A stretch of 64,000 bases of DNA from a virus: positions 1 to 64,000 of IMG/VR virus record IMGVR_UViG_3300019776_000252; one strand, written 5' to 3'. Below the pieces are notes generated by a model. That model ran no database searches. It was not told the origin of the DNA and saw only the letters and a list, made by a program, of their open reading frames with translations. Positions 27,670 through 37,256 of the stretch are shown here, in pieces; position 1 is the stretch's first letter, and each line of letters starts with the position of its first letter. The position numbers and the translations under genes were made by a program.

Positions 27670-27721
27670 ATATTTTGTTGTATAGTTACGCCCGTTAACC
27701 CTCTATTAACTTTAGAAAGCA

Positions 27722-28087
27722 ATGGTAGAAACTACGATGAGTAACGTTCAAGCAATTAAAGAGATTGATCTAAATATTAAACAGGCACAGAACTTTGTTG
27801 ATCTAGGTAAATCCCTAGAACGACTGCGTTCTAACCGAGACTTCAAGGCAGTAATCCTTGATGGTTATTTGGAGAAAGAAGCAATTCGTTTGGTTCACTT
27901 GAAATCTGATCCTAATATGCAGACTTCTGAGCGTCAGGAAAGTATTGTTAAGCAGATTGATGCTATTGGTGCTTTGAACCAATACTTCACTACTGTTTTG
28001 CAACAAGCTAACCTGGCTTCTCGTGCTATTGCAGCCGATGAAGAAACTCGTGAAGAACTGCTTGCGGAGGATGTAGCAAATGGCTAA
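27722..28087 (+). CDS. N4 gp58-like protein
   Basis: LERL..N.DFK.VILDGYL..EA.RLV motif; synteny. Confidence 0.8.
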   Translation: MVETTMSNVQAIKEIDLNIKQAQNFVDLGKSLERLRSNRDFKAVILDGYLEKEAIRLVHLKSDPNMQTSERQESIVKQIDAIGALNQYFTTVLQQANLASRAIAADEETREELLAEDVANG

Positions 28088-29279
28088 ACAATCTGATCAA
28101 GACGAGTTGAATTCCATTCTTGGAATGTCGGATGAAGAGCTTATGAAGCTCGATCCGTCTACGCTTACAGCCACTCAAGAAGTAGTTGAAGAGGAAAGCA
28201 AGGACGAGGTAGCAGACGAAGCGGTAGCGGAGTCTGCAGACACCGAGTCCGAAGCTTCCGATGCCAAGGAAGATGATGCAGAAGATAAAGAAGAGTCTAA
28301 GGAAGCTTCTGAAGATGCTGCTGAGTCTGAAGATAAAGAGGACGATAAGGAAGCTGAAGATGAGCAAAAAAGCCCAGATTCAAAAGCTAAACCTGATCAG
28401 AAACCAGACGCTGAAGCCAAGCCAGATAAAACTGTTGAAGCTGAAAGCGTTGATTACAAGGCTGCGTATGAACGAATCCTTGCGCCATTTAAGGCGAATG
28501 GTCGTGATATTGCAGTCAAGTCTGTTGACGATGCTATTGCTCTTATGCAAATGGGAGCTAACTATAGCAAGAAGATGGCGGCTCTCAAGCCAAACTTGAA
28601 GCTGCTTAAGCTGTTGGAAAACAATGGCTTGTTAAATGAAGAACGCATTAGTTTTTTGATTGACGTTGAGAAAAAGAATCCCAGCGCAATCAACAAACTG
28701 GTCAAGGACAGTGGAATAGATCCTATGGATCTAGACGCTGAGAAAGCAGGCGATTACAAACCCAATACATACTCGGTTGATGATCGTGAGATGGAGTTAG
28801 AAGCAGTACTTGAGGAAATTCAAGATACTCCTACCTATGCTCGTACTCTAGAAGTCGTTAGCAAAGTATGGGATGGTCAAAGCAAACAAGTAATTGCAAG
28901 TTCTCCCCAACTGCTCAAGGTAATTAACGACCACATGAATAGTGGTATTTACGACCTGATTAGCAAGGAGATTGAGAACGAGCGCGTGTTTGGTCGCTTG
29001 AAGGGTTTGTCTGATATTGAAGCCTACCGGCAAGTCGGAGATTCAATACAGGCTCGTGGTGGGTTTGCTCATTTGGGACGCCAAGGACAACAAACCTCCG
29101 ATAAGCCTGTAGTGGTCACACCGAAACCGAAGATGGTCGATGAAGCCAAGCTGCGTGACAAAAAGCGAGCTGCAAGCTCAACTAAACCTGCTGCACCTAG
29201 TAGTCAGATTGCTAAGGATTTCAATCCTTTGGCTTTGTCTGATGAAGAGTTCAGCAAAGCCGCAAGTCTCAAGTATTAA
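28080..29279 (+). CDS. Scaffold protein (N4 gp57-like, often annotated tape measure)
   Basis: Acidic N-terminus; PFKANG...LMQMGANY.KKM; C-terminal NPLALSDEEF. Confidence 0.88.
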   Translation: MAKQSDQDELNSILGMSDEELMKLDPSTLTATQEVVEEESKDEVADEAVAESADTESEASDAKEDDAEDKEESKEASEDAAESEDKEDDKEAEDEQKSPDSKAKPDQKPDAEAKPDKTVEAESVDYKAAYERILAPFKANGRDIAVKSVDDAIALMQMGANYSKKMAALKPNLKLLKLLENNGLLNEERISFLIDVEKKNPSAINKLVKDSGIDPMDLDAEKAGDYKPNTYSVDDREMELEAVLEEIQDTPTYARTLEVVSKVWDGQSKQVIASSPQLLKVINDHMNSGIYDLISKEIENERVFGRLKGLSDIEAYRQVGDSIQARGGFAHLGRQGQQTSDKPVVVTPKPKMVDEAKLRDKKRAASSTKPAAPSSQIAKDFNPLALSDEEFSKAASLKY

Positions 29280-29290
29280 GGAATTGAATC

Positions 29291-30709
29291 ATGGGTCAAC
29301 AATACAACGATCCCGCTGGTGGAACAGCTTCCACAGTAGGTAATCAAATTAACACTCAGTACTACCAAAAGCAGGCACTGATTGAAGCTCGCAAAGAGCA
29401 GTATTTCAGCCAGTTGGCTGATGTGGTTTCTATGCCCAAGAACATGGGTAAGAAAATCAAGCGTTTCCACTACATCCCTCTGCTGGATGCACAGAACTTG
29501 AACGATCAAGGTATTGACGCAAGTAATGCAGTTATCACCTTGGGTACTTATACCGTTTCGTTCACACGTTCTGTTCTGGCTGTAGCTAATGCTTCTAAAG
29601 CTGCTGCTGTCACGGCTATCAACGACAACGTTGGTTCTACTTTGACCGCTGCTGCTGGTGCTAATGACAGTGCTGGTGCTGGTTTTGCAACTATCACTCT
29701 GACAGGTGGTTTGTCTGCTAAGTATCTGAACTCTACTAAGGCTGCTGCTATTACAGCTTACAAGACTCTGGGTGCTACTGCTACTCAAAACTCTGGTAAC
29801 TTGTATGGCTCTAGCAAAGACGTAGGCACTATTGCTGGCAAGATGCCTGCTCTGTCTGAAACAGGTGGTCGTGTAAACCGTGTTGGTTTCAAGCGTAAAG
29901 AACTTGAAGGCACCATTGAGAAGTTTGGTTTCTTTGATGAGTACACCCAAGAGTCTCTGGACTTTGATACTGATGCAGAACTGCAGATGCATATCAACCG
30001 CGAGATGATCAACGGTGCTAACGAAATCACTGAAGATGCTCTCCAGATTGACTTGTTGAACTCTGCTGGTGTGATCAAGTACGCTGGTGACGCTACTCAA
30101 AACAGCGAAATCGGTGCAAACGATGTGGTTACTTATGGTGATCTGCTGCGTTTGTCTATTGATCTGGACAACAACCGCACTCCCAAGCACACCAAGGTGA
30201 TTACTGGTACTCGAATGATCGACACAAAGACCATTCCTGCTGCCCGTGTTGCCTACATTGGTTCGGAACTGCTGCCGACCTTCAAAGCCATGAAGGATCT
30301 GCATAACAACCCCGCTTTCATCTCTGTTGAGAAGTACGCTGCTAACGGTACTACCGTTACTGGTGAAGTGGGTTCTGTTGATCAGTTCCGTATCGTGGTT
30401 GTGCCTGAGATGATGAAGTGGGCTGGTGCCGGTGCTGCTGTTACTGGTACTGCTCACTATGACAACGGTGCTTACTACGATGTGTTCCCCATCTTGGTGG
30501 TTGGTGATGAGTCCTTCACTACTATTGGTTTCCAAACCGATGGTAAATCTGTGAAGTTCAAGATTACCCACAAAGCACCTGGTGAAGCTACTGCTGACCG
30601 TAATGATCCTTACGGTGAAACTGGCTTCATGTCGATCAAGTGGTACTACGGTTTCATGGTTCTGCGTCCTGAGCGTATCGCTCTGTTGAAGACTGCAGCT
30701 ACTCTGTAA
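29291..30709 (+). CDS. Major capsid protein (N4 gp56-like) with a large insertion
   Basis: [49 protein letters not shown]. Confidence 0.96.
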   Translation: MGQQYNDPAGGTASTVGNQINTQYYQKQALIEARKEQYFSQLADVVSMPKNMGKKIKRFHYIPLLDAQNLNDQGIDASNAVITLGTYTVSFTRSVLAVANASKAAAVTAINDNVGSTLTAAAGANDSAGAGFATITLTGGLSAKYLNSTKAAAITAYKTLGATATQNSGNLYGSSKDVGTIAGKMPALSETGGRVNRVGFKRKELEGTIEKFGFFDEYTQESLDFDTDAELQMHINREMINGANEITEDALQIDLLNSAGVIKYAGDATQNSEIGANDVVTYGDLLRLSIDLDNNRTPKHTKVITGTRMIDTKTIPAARVAYIGSELLPTFKAMKDLHNNPAFISVEKYAANGTTVTGEVGSVDQFRIVVVPEMMKWAGAGAAVTGTAHYDNGAYYDVFPILVVGDESFTTIGFQTDGKSVKFKITHKAPGEATADRNDPYGETGFMSIKWYYGFMVLRPERIALLKTAATL

Positions 30710-30724
30710 TCGTCACTTGTCCGT

Positions 30725-30757
30725 AAGGGGGAGTGGGCAACTGCTCCCCTTTTATTT
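30725..30757 (+). terminator. Terminator after the MCP
   Basis: AAGGGGGAGTGG-GCAA-CTGCTCCCCTTTT. Confidence 0.8.
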
Positions 30758-30779
30758 ACCTCCCAATTAGGAATTCGCA

Positions 30780-31358
30780 ATGTCTGATATTGATACCGAT
30801 GACACCCTTCCCGCAGTTGATGAACTGGCTACCTTGAAAGCTCGTGCTGACATGCTTGGTGTGAAATACCACCCTTCTATTAGCTTGGAAAAGCTACGTG
30901 AGAAGGTAAATGCTGCAGCAACTGCAGAAGATGATGCGGAAGGTACTGAAGAAGCTGCTCCTTTGGCTTCTGAACCTGTTGAAGAAACTCTCTCTGAGCG
31001 TCGTGCTCGTAAACGTCGTGAAGCCAATGAGCTTATTCGTATTCGTGTTACGTGCATGAATCCTGCTAAACGTGAATGGGAAGGTGAACTGTTTACTGCT
31101 GGTAATTCACTGGTTGGTTCATTCTCTAAATTCGTTCCGTTTGACAATGATGAAGGTTGGCATGTGCCACGAATCATCTTGAACCAGATTCAACAACGTC
31201 AATGTCAGATTTTCCAATCTGTCCGTGATGAGCGTGGTAACACTACTCGCCGTGGCAAGTTGATTAAAGAGTTTGCTGTTGAGATCCTGCCTAGTTTGAC
31301 TCCTGATGAGTTGCAAGATCTGGCTCAACGTCAAGCTATGTCTAAAAGCGTTGGTTAA
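30780..31358 (+). CDS. N4 gp55-like protein
   Basis: LKARADMLGV.YHP; RIRVTCMNPAKREWEGE; LT..EL..LA.RQ. Confidence 0.85.
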   Translation: MSDIDTDDTLPAVDELATLKARADMLGVKYHPSISLEKLREKVNAAATAEDDAEGTEEAAPLASEPVEETLSERRARKRREANELIRIRVTCMNPAKREWEGELFTAGNSLVGSFSKFVPFDNDEGWHVPRIILNQIQQRQCQIFQSVRDERGNTTRRGKLIKEFAVEILPSLTPDELQDLAQRQAMSKSVG

Positions 31359-31379
31359 GTAACTGAACCCAGATAGATC

Positions 31380-32744
31380 ATGACCACTACCCCAATTACG
31401 ATCACTGACCTGACCGAAGAAAACATTTCCGGTGCAGGAATTTTTGATAAGTTGATGCGGGTAAACAGCCTGTATCTGCAGTCTGAGTACGATAAAGGGC
31501 GTATTAAGGGTAGTGAGTACGCTACGGTCTATCTGGGTTCTTTAGATGCTGTTATGAGGACTTCTTTGGAGTTCCTCTTGCAACAGCAACGAGTTAATCG
31601 TGAAGCTTTGTTGATGGATGAACAAATCCTTCAAGCCAAAGCACAAACAGAATTGCTTGTTCAACAAAAAGCCAATGCTTTGGTTGAGCATCAAGTACTT
31701 CAGAACAATGCAGACAAGATTGCTGCAGATGTTCAAATTGCTCTTCAACAGAAGATTAATCTTGCTGATGAATTGACTACTGCTGCAGTACAACGTGAAC
31801 ACGTAGCTGCACAGACCTCTTTGACTACACAGCAGAAGAACAATCTAGTAGATGAGTTGCTTACTGCTGCTGCTCAACGATTGAATTTGACTGCTACTAA
31901 GGCCCATATTGAGGCTCAAGCTGCAGTTACTACACAACAACGTCTTAACCTTATTGCTGAAGCTAGTAATCTGGCTAAACAAGGTGACATGTTGTTGGCT
32001 GAGACTGATAAGGTTAAGCAAGAGAAGACTAATCTTGTCTCTGCTAAGTCCCATACTGATGCTCAAACTGGTTTGGTTACCCAACAGACTGCTAATCTGG
32101 TGGATGAACTGGCTACTGCAGCAGCACAACGAGGAAAGATCAATCAAGAGGTCAATAACCTGACTTCTCAGAAAGCTCTAACCGATGCTCAGAAGGAAGT
32201 GGCTTCTCAGCAGAAAACTAATCTGCAAGATGAACTGCTTACTGCTCAATCTCAGAGAGCTAAACTTGCTCAAGAAGTTACTAACATGGCTGCTCAGAAA
32301 TCTGAGACAGATGCACGTACTACTTTGATTACTCAGCAGAAATCTAATGAATCATTGAAGGCTTTGAACATTCCCAAGGAAGGTCAGATCCTTGATGATC
32401 AGTCTTGCAAGCTTAAGGCTGAATACGATGTGCTTATCAATGAGAAAACCAAGGTAAGTACTGAAAACAGCTTGCTTACCCAGAAAGTTGCTACTGAAAA
32501 GGCTCAGATTCTCGCTATTGGTGTAGATGCTGATAGTGTGGTTGGACGCCAAAAAGCACTCTATAAGGCCCAATCTGATGGCTTCCAACGTGATGCTGAA
32601 CAGAAAGCTGCTAAGTTGCTTGTGGATACTTGGAATGTTCGTCAAACCACAGATGGTGCTGAGTTGACAGGAACAAACCTAGACAACACAACTATTGGTA
32701 AGGCTGTTACTAAGTTGCTATCTGGTGTTGGAGTAGCTCCTTAA
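31380..32744 (+). CDS. N4 gp54-like tail tube/structural protein with expanded coiled coil
   Basis: G.GIFDKLM...[12 protein letters not shown]-terminus; [26 protein letters not shown]-terminus. Confidence 0.85.
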   Translation: MTTTPITITDLTEENISGAGIFDKLMRVNSLYLQSEYDKGRIKGSEYATVYLGSLDAVMRTSLEFLLQQQRVNREALLMDEQILQAKAQTELLVQQKANALVEHQVLQNNADKIAADVQIALQQKINLADELTTAAVQREHVAAQTSLTTQQKNNLVDELLTAAAQRLNLTATKAHIEAQAAVTTQQRLNLIAEASNLAKQGDMLLAETDKVKQEKTNLVSAKSHTDAQTGLVTQQTANLVDELATAAAQRGKINQEVNNLTSQKALTDAQKEVASQQKTNLQDELLTAQSQRAKLAQEVTNMAAQKSETDARTTLITQQKSNESLKALNIPKEGQILDDQSCKLKAEYDVLINEKTKVSTENSLLTQKVATEKAQILAIGVDADSVVGRQKALYKAQSDGFQRDAEQKAAKLLVDTWNVRQTTDGAELTGTNLDNTTIGKAVTKLLSGVGVAP

Positions 32745-32765
32745 CAGGAAACCTTGAAACTAATG

Positions 32766-32792
32766 AAGGGAGCTTAGTGCTCCCTTTATTTC
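32766..32792 (+). terminator. Terminator
   Basis: AAGGGAGC..GCTCCCTTTATTT. Confidence 0.75.
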
Positions 32793-32804
32793 TAGAAGAG
32801 TCTT

Positions 32805-35057
32805 ATGGGAATCTTTGATAGTCATACTAGAACGTCAGTAGGTACTTCGGTATCTAAGCTTATTGACACTTCAAAGATTGTCCCTTCTACCAAGACAGCA
32901 CTTATCAATGCTATTTTTGGTGATACAGGAAGCATTACAGACCATGCTTTAGATGGTTTGACTTCTGGTTTAGGTATTAAAGCCGAGCGTATGTACGATT
33001 ACGCTAGTACTAAATACACCTATGGCTTACCTAAAGCTAACTTTATTTCTTCTGCTAGTGGAGAAGTAGCAATCAAGAACAGATTAACTTGGTTGTTTGG
33101 TCCTGACATAGCAATCAAGTATTACCACGTTGGTGCATATAACTTAATGCACCATGCCTATGCGTATCTGGTTAATAACTTGGCTTATGAATCTAGTACT
33201 GGTGAAGTTAATGCACTAACAAGTGAAAAAGGTACTAAGGTATCTTTTGTTAAATTAGTTGTAATAGTTAAAGAAGCCACTCTTGCTGAGAAGGCTAATG
33301 GTTCATTAGACCAATGGGAACTGGATGCTCCTTCATTTGAAGTTAATCCTAGTATCTCTCAGGATATTGCTCAACTTACTTATTCATGGGTTGAGGAAAG
33401 TAAGTCTAATGGTTCAACTATTAAGCTAACCAAGAAAGCTACTAGAGATATTCCTTTAGCTGCAGTAGATACTGACATAGTTCAGGTAAAACTATCTACT
33501 GGTGGCAATAATAAATACTTTAGTTATGTTATTGGCTCTGGAAGCTATCCAGAAGTAGATGCAATATTTAAGCCAGGATATGATGGCCTAGGCACATTCT
33601 TCCCATTTACTTACTTTAGATATAACAAGACTTCGATGAAAGGTCTTGAGGGAACTGATGGTTATAAAACCTCAGAGAAGATGCTTAAGTATTTGAATAT
33701 TGATTACAAAACAGTACTCAATTCAATACATGAGAATCCTCAGATTAATGATGTAGAGCAAGCCATGCTAGTTATGGCTGTACCTGCTAACAGTACTGAT
33801 CCAGTAGAGCAGAAGTATCTATTTGACTTCTTTACCAAGGCATATAACGAACTAGGTTCTGGAATTGTTATTGGTGGCTCAGTTGGAGAGACAGACTCAA
33901 TCTCTAGAGCCAGAGGAAACAGTACTCTATCTGCAGAGGAAGTAGCAATCTCTAAGGCTATGGGAGCATCTGTACCAAAGGTTTCTATTGTTATTAGAGA
34001 CAATAGATTTCAGATGGCTTTGGCTTTCCAGACTATTACTAAGCAACTTACTACTGGAACCATTGGTGAAGTTGGTTCTTATAAAGCAGTAGTAAGTACT
34101 AAGGATGTTGCGTATTCATACACCACAAGACAATATATTGGTCAGGGTGGGAAGTATGAGTTAATTCCCCACACATTTACTATTCCTGTTCCAGTTCATA
34201 AATATCAGAAGCAAATAGCTGACTATGTTTATGAAGAAGTGATTGTTTATGGTTTAAGACTTACCTATTACATCTACGATGTATTTACTACTGTAGGTGA
34301 ATCCTCTAGTGATATTCTATTAATCCCTATTGATAAGTCTATTTCTGAGACTTATTCCATAGGAGAAAGAGAAGCTCTCTATACCCGTGGTTTAACCTTT
34401 GTATTTAATAGCCGAGTTGATACTCAAGTAGAGTGGTATCAATCTGCAGACTTTATGCAATTTCTATTTGTAGTAGCTGCTGCAATGAGTTTGTACGATA
34501 TGGGTACTACTTTGGCCTCATTAAGTACTATGACTTTGGCAGACTTTACTATGATGGTAGCCATGAAGTTAGTTACTTATGCAGCAATATCTGCTGGTGT
34601 TGGCTTATTTGTTAAAGCAGTAGGTGCTGAAACCGCATTTATTGCAGCAATGATTGCTGCTGTGTATGGTGGTTACGAAGCTATTAAAGCTGGTGGAATT
34701 AAGGGATCTCCTTTTGCTAAAGATTTACTAGACTTAGCTAGTAACATCAATAAAGGAATCTCTGTTTCCATTCAAAAAGATTTTGAGTTACTAGGTAAAG
34801 AGAATGAGGCTTTCAATACTTTGGCTAAAGAAAAGGATGAACTCCTTAATAAAGCCAAAGAAGAATTGGATCAAACCTCAGTTCTGAATCCCTTGGTAAT
34901 CTTTGGAGAAACACCCTCACGGTTGTATGATAGAACCGTACATTCCGGTAACATAGGGGTTATCGGGATAGATAGCGTTTCTTCGTTTGTTGAGGTCGCA
35001 CTCACCCTCCCTAAAATCAACGAAACTCTTGAAAGTAATTTATATGGGACAGTCTAA
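32805..35057 (+). CDS. N4 gp53-like structural protein
   Basis: MGIF N-terminus, FFPF...R, WYQ then hydrophobic helices, L.LP C-terminus; synteny. Confidence 0.8.
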   Translation: MGIFDSHTRTSVGTSVSKLIDTSKIVPSTKTALINAIFGDTGSITDHALDGLTSGLGIKAERMYDYASTKYTYGLPKANFISSASGEVAIKNRLTWLFGPDIAIKYYHVGAYNLMHHAYAYLVNNLAYESSTGEVNALTSEKGTKVSFVKLVVIVKEATLAEKANGSLDQWELDAPSFEVNPSISQDIAQLTYSWVEESKSNGSTIKLTKKATRDIPLAAVDTDIVQVKLSTGGNNKYFSYVIGSGSYPEVDAIFKPGYDGLGTFFPFTYFRYNKTSMKGLEGTDGYKTSEKMLKYLNIDYKTVLNSIHENPQINDVEQAMLVMAVPANSTDPVEQKYLFDFFTKAYNELGSGIVIGGSVGETDSISRARGNSTLSAEEVAISKAMGASVPKVSIVIRDNRFQMALAFQTITKQLTTGTIGEVGSYKAVVSTKDVAYSYTTRQYIGQGGKYELIPHTFTIPVPVHKYQKQIADYVYEEVIVYGLRLTYYIYDVFTTVGESSSDILLIPIDKSISETYSIGEREALYTRGLTFVFNSRVDTQVEWYQSADFMQFLFVVAAAMSLYDMGTTLASLSTMTLADFTMMVAMKLVTYAAISAGVGLFVKAVGAETAFIAAMIAAVYGGYEAIKAGGIKGSPFAKDLLDLASNINKGISVSIQKDFELLGKENEAFNTLAKEKDELLNKAKEELDQTSVLNPLVIFGETPSRLYDRTVHSGNIGVIGIDSVSSFVEVALTLPKINETLESNLYGTV

Positions 35058-35640
35058 TTACACATTCCCCTATACCGAGCCAACGCTTAATTTCTCCCTA
35101 ATGGGTAATAAGTGGGCTGGTAGGAACGCTATTGCTGATGCCAATTCTGTAATGGCTCCTGTTGCATTGGCCCCTAGTGCTACACCTTTTCAAACACCAG
35201 TAACAGATGCAACAAATGCTTCTTTTACAGGAGCTTTTAAGCCAGAAGCATTCGGTGCTATCGGTGATGCAGCTAAAACTTATGGTGCTGGATCTGGTGG
35301 TTGGCTTCAAAGTCTTAGCAACTGGGGTAAAGAAAACGGTATGTTTACGCAAGTAGACAAGAACGGTATGAAGACTACTGGTTTGTTGGATTATGGAATT
35401 GGTTTGGGACAAGGTTTGCTAAACACTAAGATGGGTTTGGATTACCTAAACCTAGCTAAACAGTCTCAACAAAGTCAGCAAGAACAGTTCTGGACGAATC
35501 ACAATAACCAAGTGAAGACAACTAATGCTGAACTTACTGCACGTAGGGAACGTCAGTTGTCAGCTACAGATCCTAACTTGTCTGCTGATCAACGTAACCA
35601 GAAGGTTGCTGAGTACATGTCTAAGTGGGGAGTTTCCTAA
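35044..35640 (+). CDS. N4 gp52-like ejection protein
   Basis: Start MGQSNY; LAKQ...Q..TNHNNQVKTTNAEL..R..RQ C-terminal pattern. Confidence 0.75.
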   Translation: MGQSNYTFPYTEPTLNFSLMGNKWAGRNAIADANSVMAPVALAPSATPFQTPVTDATNASFTGAFKPEAFGAIGDAAKTYGAGSGGWLQSLSNWGKENGMFTQVDKNGMKTTGLLDYGIGLGQGLLNTKMGLDYLNLAKQSQQSQQEQFWTNHNNQVKTTNAELTARRERQLSATDPNLSADQRNQKVAEYMSKWGVS

Positions 35641-35642
35641 TC

Positions 35643-37187
35643 ATGGCATATACGCCTATTACTTGGCAGAACATTTCTGCACCTAATCTTACTGATGTAG
35701 CCAATATTCTTGGTAATGCTCAGAAGAGTTTTAATAACGCTCTTTCTAGTGTCGGTGATGTAGTTAAGATGCGTAATGCTACTGAGGACTCCAATTGGCA
35801 AGCTCAGAAAGCAGTAAACACTAACAACTTTATGAGCACTGTATTAGGTGCTAATACTGTTGATGACTATAAGAAGTTGCAAGAGTCTGGGACTCTTAAG
35901 AATCTTCTTAGTGGTGCTGGTGCTCAAATTGATTCTGCTGCTGCAATGAAAGCAATGGATGAACGCATGGGTACATTGCAACAACGAGGTCTTACGGCTA
36001 TTGATTACAACAACAAGACGTTGGACAACGAGCAAGCTCCTTTGCGTGATCAGATTGCTTCTCTTACTGCTCAAGGCAAAACAGGTGAAGCACTTGCATT
36101 GGCTAATGCTCATAACGAATTGCGTAACAGAGCTACTCTGTTTCAAGGCATTGACACCAAGAACCAAGATCTTGTTAATCGTGATCGTGCTACTACTGAG
36201 TTTGGTTGGAAGACAGAGATGCATCCTCTGGATATTGCTGCCAAACAAGCAGGTATTGATGCTAGTCGCACCTCTACTGCTCTTCATGGAGTACAGCTTA
36301 AAACTGCACAGAATACGCTTGCTGATCAGACTGAAACCAGAAAGCTTGAAGGCATTCTTGCACAAGCTGCTTCTCAGAATGTGGCTGAAAAAGCTGCTCT
36401 TGGGCAAGTACAGGGTAGGTATGCTGCTGCTAATGGTTTAACAGTTAATTCTCAAGGTCTTCCAGACTTTGAGAATTACACCAAAGACCAGATGATTAAG
36501 TTTAATGAGGTAGCGAAAAAGAATGGCATTCCTGGTTCTGCTGAGTACCTAACTGGAGACACTAAACGAGCCAATAGTTTGTTTGAAACCTTAACTAAAT
36601 CTAGTGGAATCAGTCCTCGCATTCTTAAAGCCAATGAGCAAAACATCCGTGGAGTATTTAATACCTCTATTACTGCCAACACTCCAACTGGCAATGATGC
36701 ATTGAAGGCAGCTACTGATACTGCTAGTAATAAAGTCATGTTTGACCGTTTGGATGAAGCTAATTGGTATGCTCCAGGCAGTGAAAATGCTCGTAAGCAG
36801 TATGAGAAACTAGCTACTCAAATAACACCTACCCTCAAAGGAATGTCTAATGGTATTTGGTTTGGAGACAATACCAAAGATGCTGATGCTATTCAAAAGA
36901 TGTTGGGTGAAGTTGCATCCGTTGGTTTGAAAAACAAAAACGGAGAGATGGTTACTCCTTCTGCAAACGATGTTATGCGGTTTATTCGTGATAGCAATAC
37001 ACGAATTAATGCTTGGACTGGCTTTACAGATAGTGGTAGAGCAGATGCTATTAAAAGTGCTTTGCAGGAGTGGATTGATACTCCAGAAGCTCTTAAGATG
37101 CAAATGGATGGTCTTGCAAGCCAGAAGTTTCAAGATAATGAACGTAAAGCTCAACTAATCCGAGAAACTCTATATCCTAAAAAGTAA
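35643..37187 (+). CDS. N4 gp51-like ejection protein
   Basis: N-terminal PITWQNI motif; directly upstream of vRNAP. Confidence 0.8.
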   Translation: MAYTPITWQNISAPNLTDVANILGNAQKSFNNALSSVGDVVKMRNATEDSNWQAQKAVNTNNFMSTVLGANTVDDYKKLQESGTLKNLLSGAGAQIDSAAAMKAMDERMGTLQQRGLTAIDYNNKTLDNEQAPLRDQIASLTAQGKTGEALALANAHNELRNRATLFQGIDTKNQDLVNRDRATTEFGWKTEMHPLDIAAKQAGIDASRTSTALHGVQLKTAQNTLADQTETRKLEGILAQAASQNVAEKAALGQVQGRYAAANGLTVNSQGLPDFENYTKDQMIKFNEVAKKNGIPGSAEYLTGDTKRANSLFETLTKSSGISPRILKANEQNIRGVFNTSITANTPTGNDALKAATDTASNKVMFDRLDEANWYAPGSENARKQYEKLATQITPTLKGMSNGIWFGDNTKDADAIQKMLGEVASVGLKNKNGEMVTPSANDVMRFIRDSNTRINAWTGFTDSGRADAIKSALQEWIDTPEALKMQMDGLASQKFQDNERKAQLIRETLYPKK

Positions 37188-37200
37188 TAGGTATTCAACG

Positions 37201-37244
37201 ATAATACGGGGAGAATAGGAAACTATCTCCCCGTTATTATTTTT
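37201..37244 (+). terminator. Terminator-like hairpin just before vRNAP
   Basis: ATAATACGGGGAGA..TAG-GAAA-CTATCTCCCCGTTATTATTTTT. Confidence 0.65.
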
Positions 37245-37256
37245 GAAGGTCTACCT

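Noticed and set aside
29276-30571. 431-aa antisense ORF over the major capsid gene
   Set aside because: Shadow of strong codon bias in a highly expressed gene; no motifs or SD. The same applies to the many shorter antisense ORFs in the track.
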